Position numbers and translations under genes: made by a program. From Planctomycetota bacterium (GTDB taxonomy: Bacteria > Planctomycetota > UBA1135 > UBA2386), in contig JBKAGP010000001.1 of assembly GCA_046290465.1 (NCBI GenBank), positions 6,530,046-6,594,045 of the forward strand: a stretch of 64,000 nucleotides of DNA, given 5' to 3'. This document shows, in pieces, positions 62,938 to 64,000 of this stretch (its first letter is position 1; every line of letters starts with the position of its first letter). The notes under the pieces are model-generated. The model was not told where the DNA came from and searched no databases. It worked only from the letters and a program-made list of their open reading frames with translations.

Positions 62938-63999
62938 ATGGTTGCAAGCACCAGTCGGGGCGCGGCGTTCGCCGCGTCGGTTCTGCTCGCCGGTTCGCTC
63001 GCCGCCCAGAACCCGATCCCGGTGCCCGCCTCGCACCTGACGATGGAGGGCACCGCCAGCACCAACGTGCCGTTCGGCCGCAGCACGCCGACACGGGTGC
63101 AGTATGCCTACGACGCGATGCTGTTCGCCGGCCCGGTCACCATCACCGGCGTGCAGTTCCGCCTCGACGGCGGCGCGGTCGCGCCCAACAAGACCGTCGA
63201 CTGCGAGATCTCGCTGTCGACGCTGCCGCTGCCGCTGGTGCAGCTGTCGACGCAGTTCGCCCTCAACCGCGGCGCGGACGAGACCAACGTGCTACCGCGC
63301 CAGATCCTGACGCTGCCCTCGCAGGCCAGCGGCACCACGCCGAACCCCTACCTGGCCGAGATCCCGTTCTCGACGCCGTTCGCCTACGACCCGGCCAACG
63401 GCGGCCTCGTCATGGAGATCGTCGTGCACGGCCAGCCGCCGGGTGCCTACTCGCTCGACGTCACCTACGTCTGCAGCAGCCCGATGTCGCCGGTCGGTCC
63501 GACCTCGTGCCTGCAGTCCAACGGCCTGCCGCTCGGCGTCGAGAGCGCCACCACCGGGGTGCAGTGGGGCCGTCCGTGGATCACCCGCGCCTACGACATG
63601 ACGCCCGGCGACATCGTGCTGATGGCGCTCGGCACGCGCGAGACCGGCACCTGGGCGGGCCTGCAGCTGCCGCAGGATCTCGCCGTCGTCGGTGCCGCCG
63701 GCTGCTTCGTCTCGATCGACGTCGCGGTCTCGTTCTTCGACACCGCCGCCATCGACGGCACCGCGACATTCCCGTTCGCGATCCCGAACAACCCGCAGTT
63801 GCTCGGCGAATGGCTACGCTTCCAAGCCGGCGTGTTCGACGCCGCAGCCAATCCCCTCGGCCTCGTCACCAGCCAGGCCCAGAAGGTCCAGGTGTGCGGC
63901 TGGGAGCCGGTCGGTCGGGTCTGGTCGAGCGGCACCTCCGCGGCGTTCGGCACGCTCGAGATCGGCCTCTCCGCCATCGTCCAATTTTCGACCCAGTGA
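62938..63999 (+). CDS. Hypothetical secreted protein
   Basis: Signal ending LAA|Q; complete ORF with TGA at 63997-63999; contains IPNNPQLLG...FQA...D...N.LG domain. Confidence 0.8.
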   Translation: MVASTSRGAAFAASVLLAGSLAAQNPIPVPASHLTMEGTASTNVPFGRSTPTRVQYAYDAMLFAGPVTITGVQFRLDGGAVAPNKTVDCEISLSTLPLPLVQLSTQFALNRGADETNVLPRQILTLPSQASGTTPNPYLAEIPFSTPFAYDPANGGLVMEIVVHGQPPGAYSLDVTYVCSSPMSPVGPTSCLQSNGLPLGVESATTGVQWGRPWITRAYDMTPGDIVLMALGTRETGTWAGLQLPQDLAVVGAAGCFVSIDVAVSFFDTAAIDGTATFPFAIPNNPQLLGEWLRFQAGVFDAAANPLGLVTSQAQKVQVCGWEPVGRVWSSGTSAAFGTLEIGLSAIVQFSTQ

Positions 64000-64000
64000 A

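Overview
Very GC-rich (roughly 70% by eye) bacterial chromosomal window. It is probably from an uncultured Planctomycetota lineage; this is inferred from the ECF sigma/Ser-Thr kinase pairs, the sulfatase, DUF1080, prenyltransferase-repeat and prepilin genes, and many secreted hypothetical proteins. Housekeeping genes are pyk (5'-truncated), rplM-rpsI, yebC-family, sucCD, tatA, a polyprenyl synthase, folD, serS, coaD, RidA, comEC, tRNA-Lys(CTT) and tRNA-His(GTG). The window also has a system II cytochrome c maturation triad and a gspG/H/I/J-like pseudopilin cluster. No transposase, integrase, CRISPR array or rRNA was seen. Five things stand out. (1) A single ORF fuses an MglA-type small GTPase, with Ser in place of the catalytic Arg53, to a complete histidine kinase, and no MglB is nearby. 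(2) A six-gene cluster (FHA-like / membrane protein / non-RD kinase / ECF sigma / zinc-finger anti-sigma / membrane-anchored PspA-like) carries a bipartite promoter-like motif three times (AATAGTCG-N10/11-CGWA). (3) An 86-87 bp palindromic element flanked by (C)TAG occurs three times at gene ends. (4) A 5 x 75 bp palindromic tandem array lies between gspG and gspH. (5) Lineage-level patterns include A|Q signal-peptide ends, leaderless-type promoters, a shared C-terminal domain on secreted proteins and cysteine-less thioredoxin folds. All family calls come from motif recognition by eye; no database searches were run.
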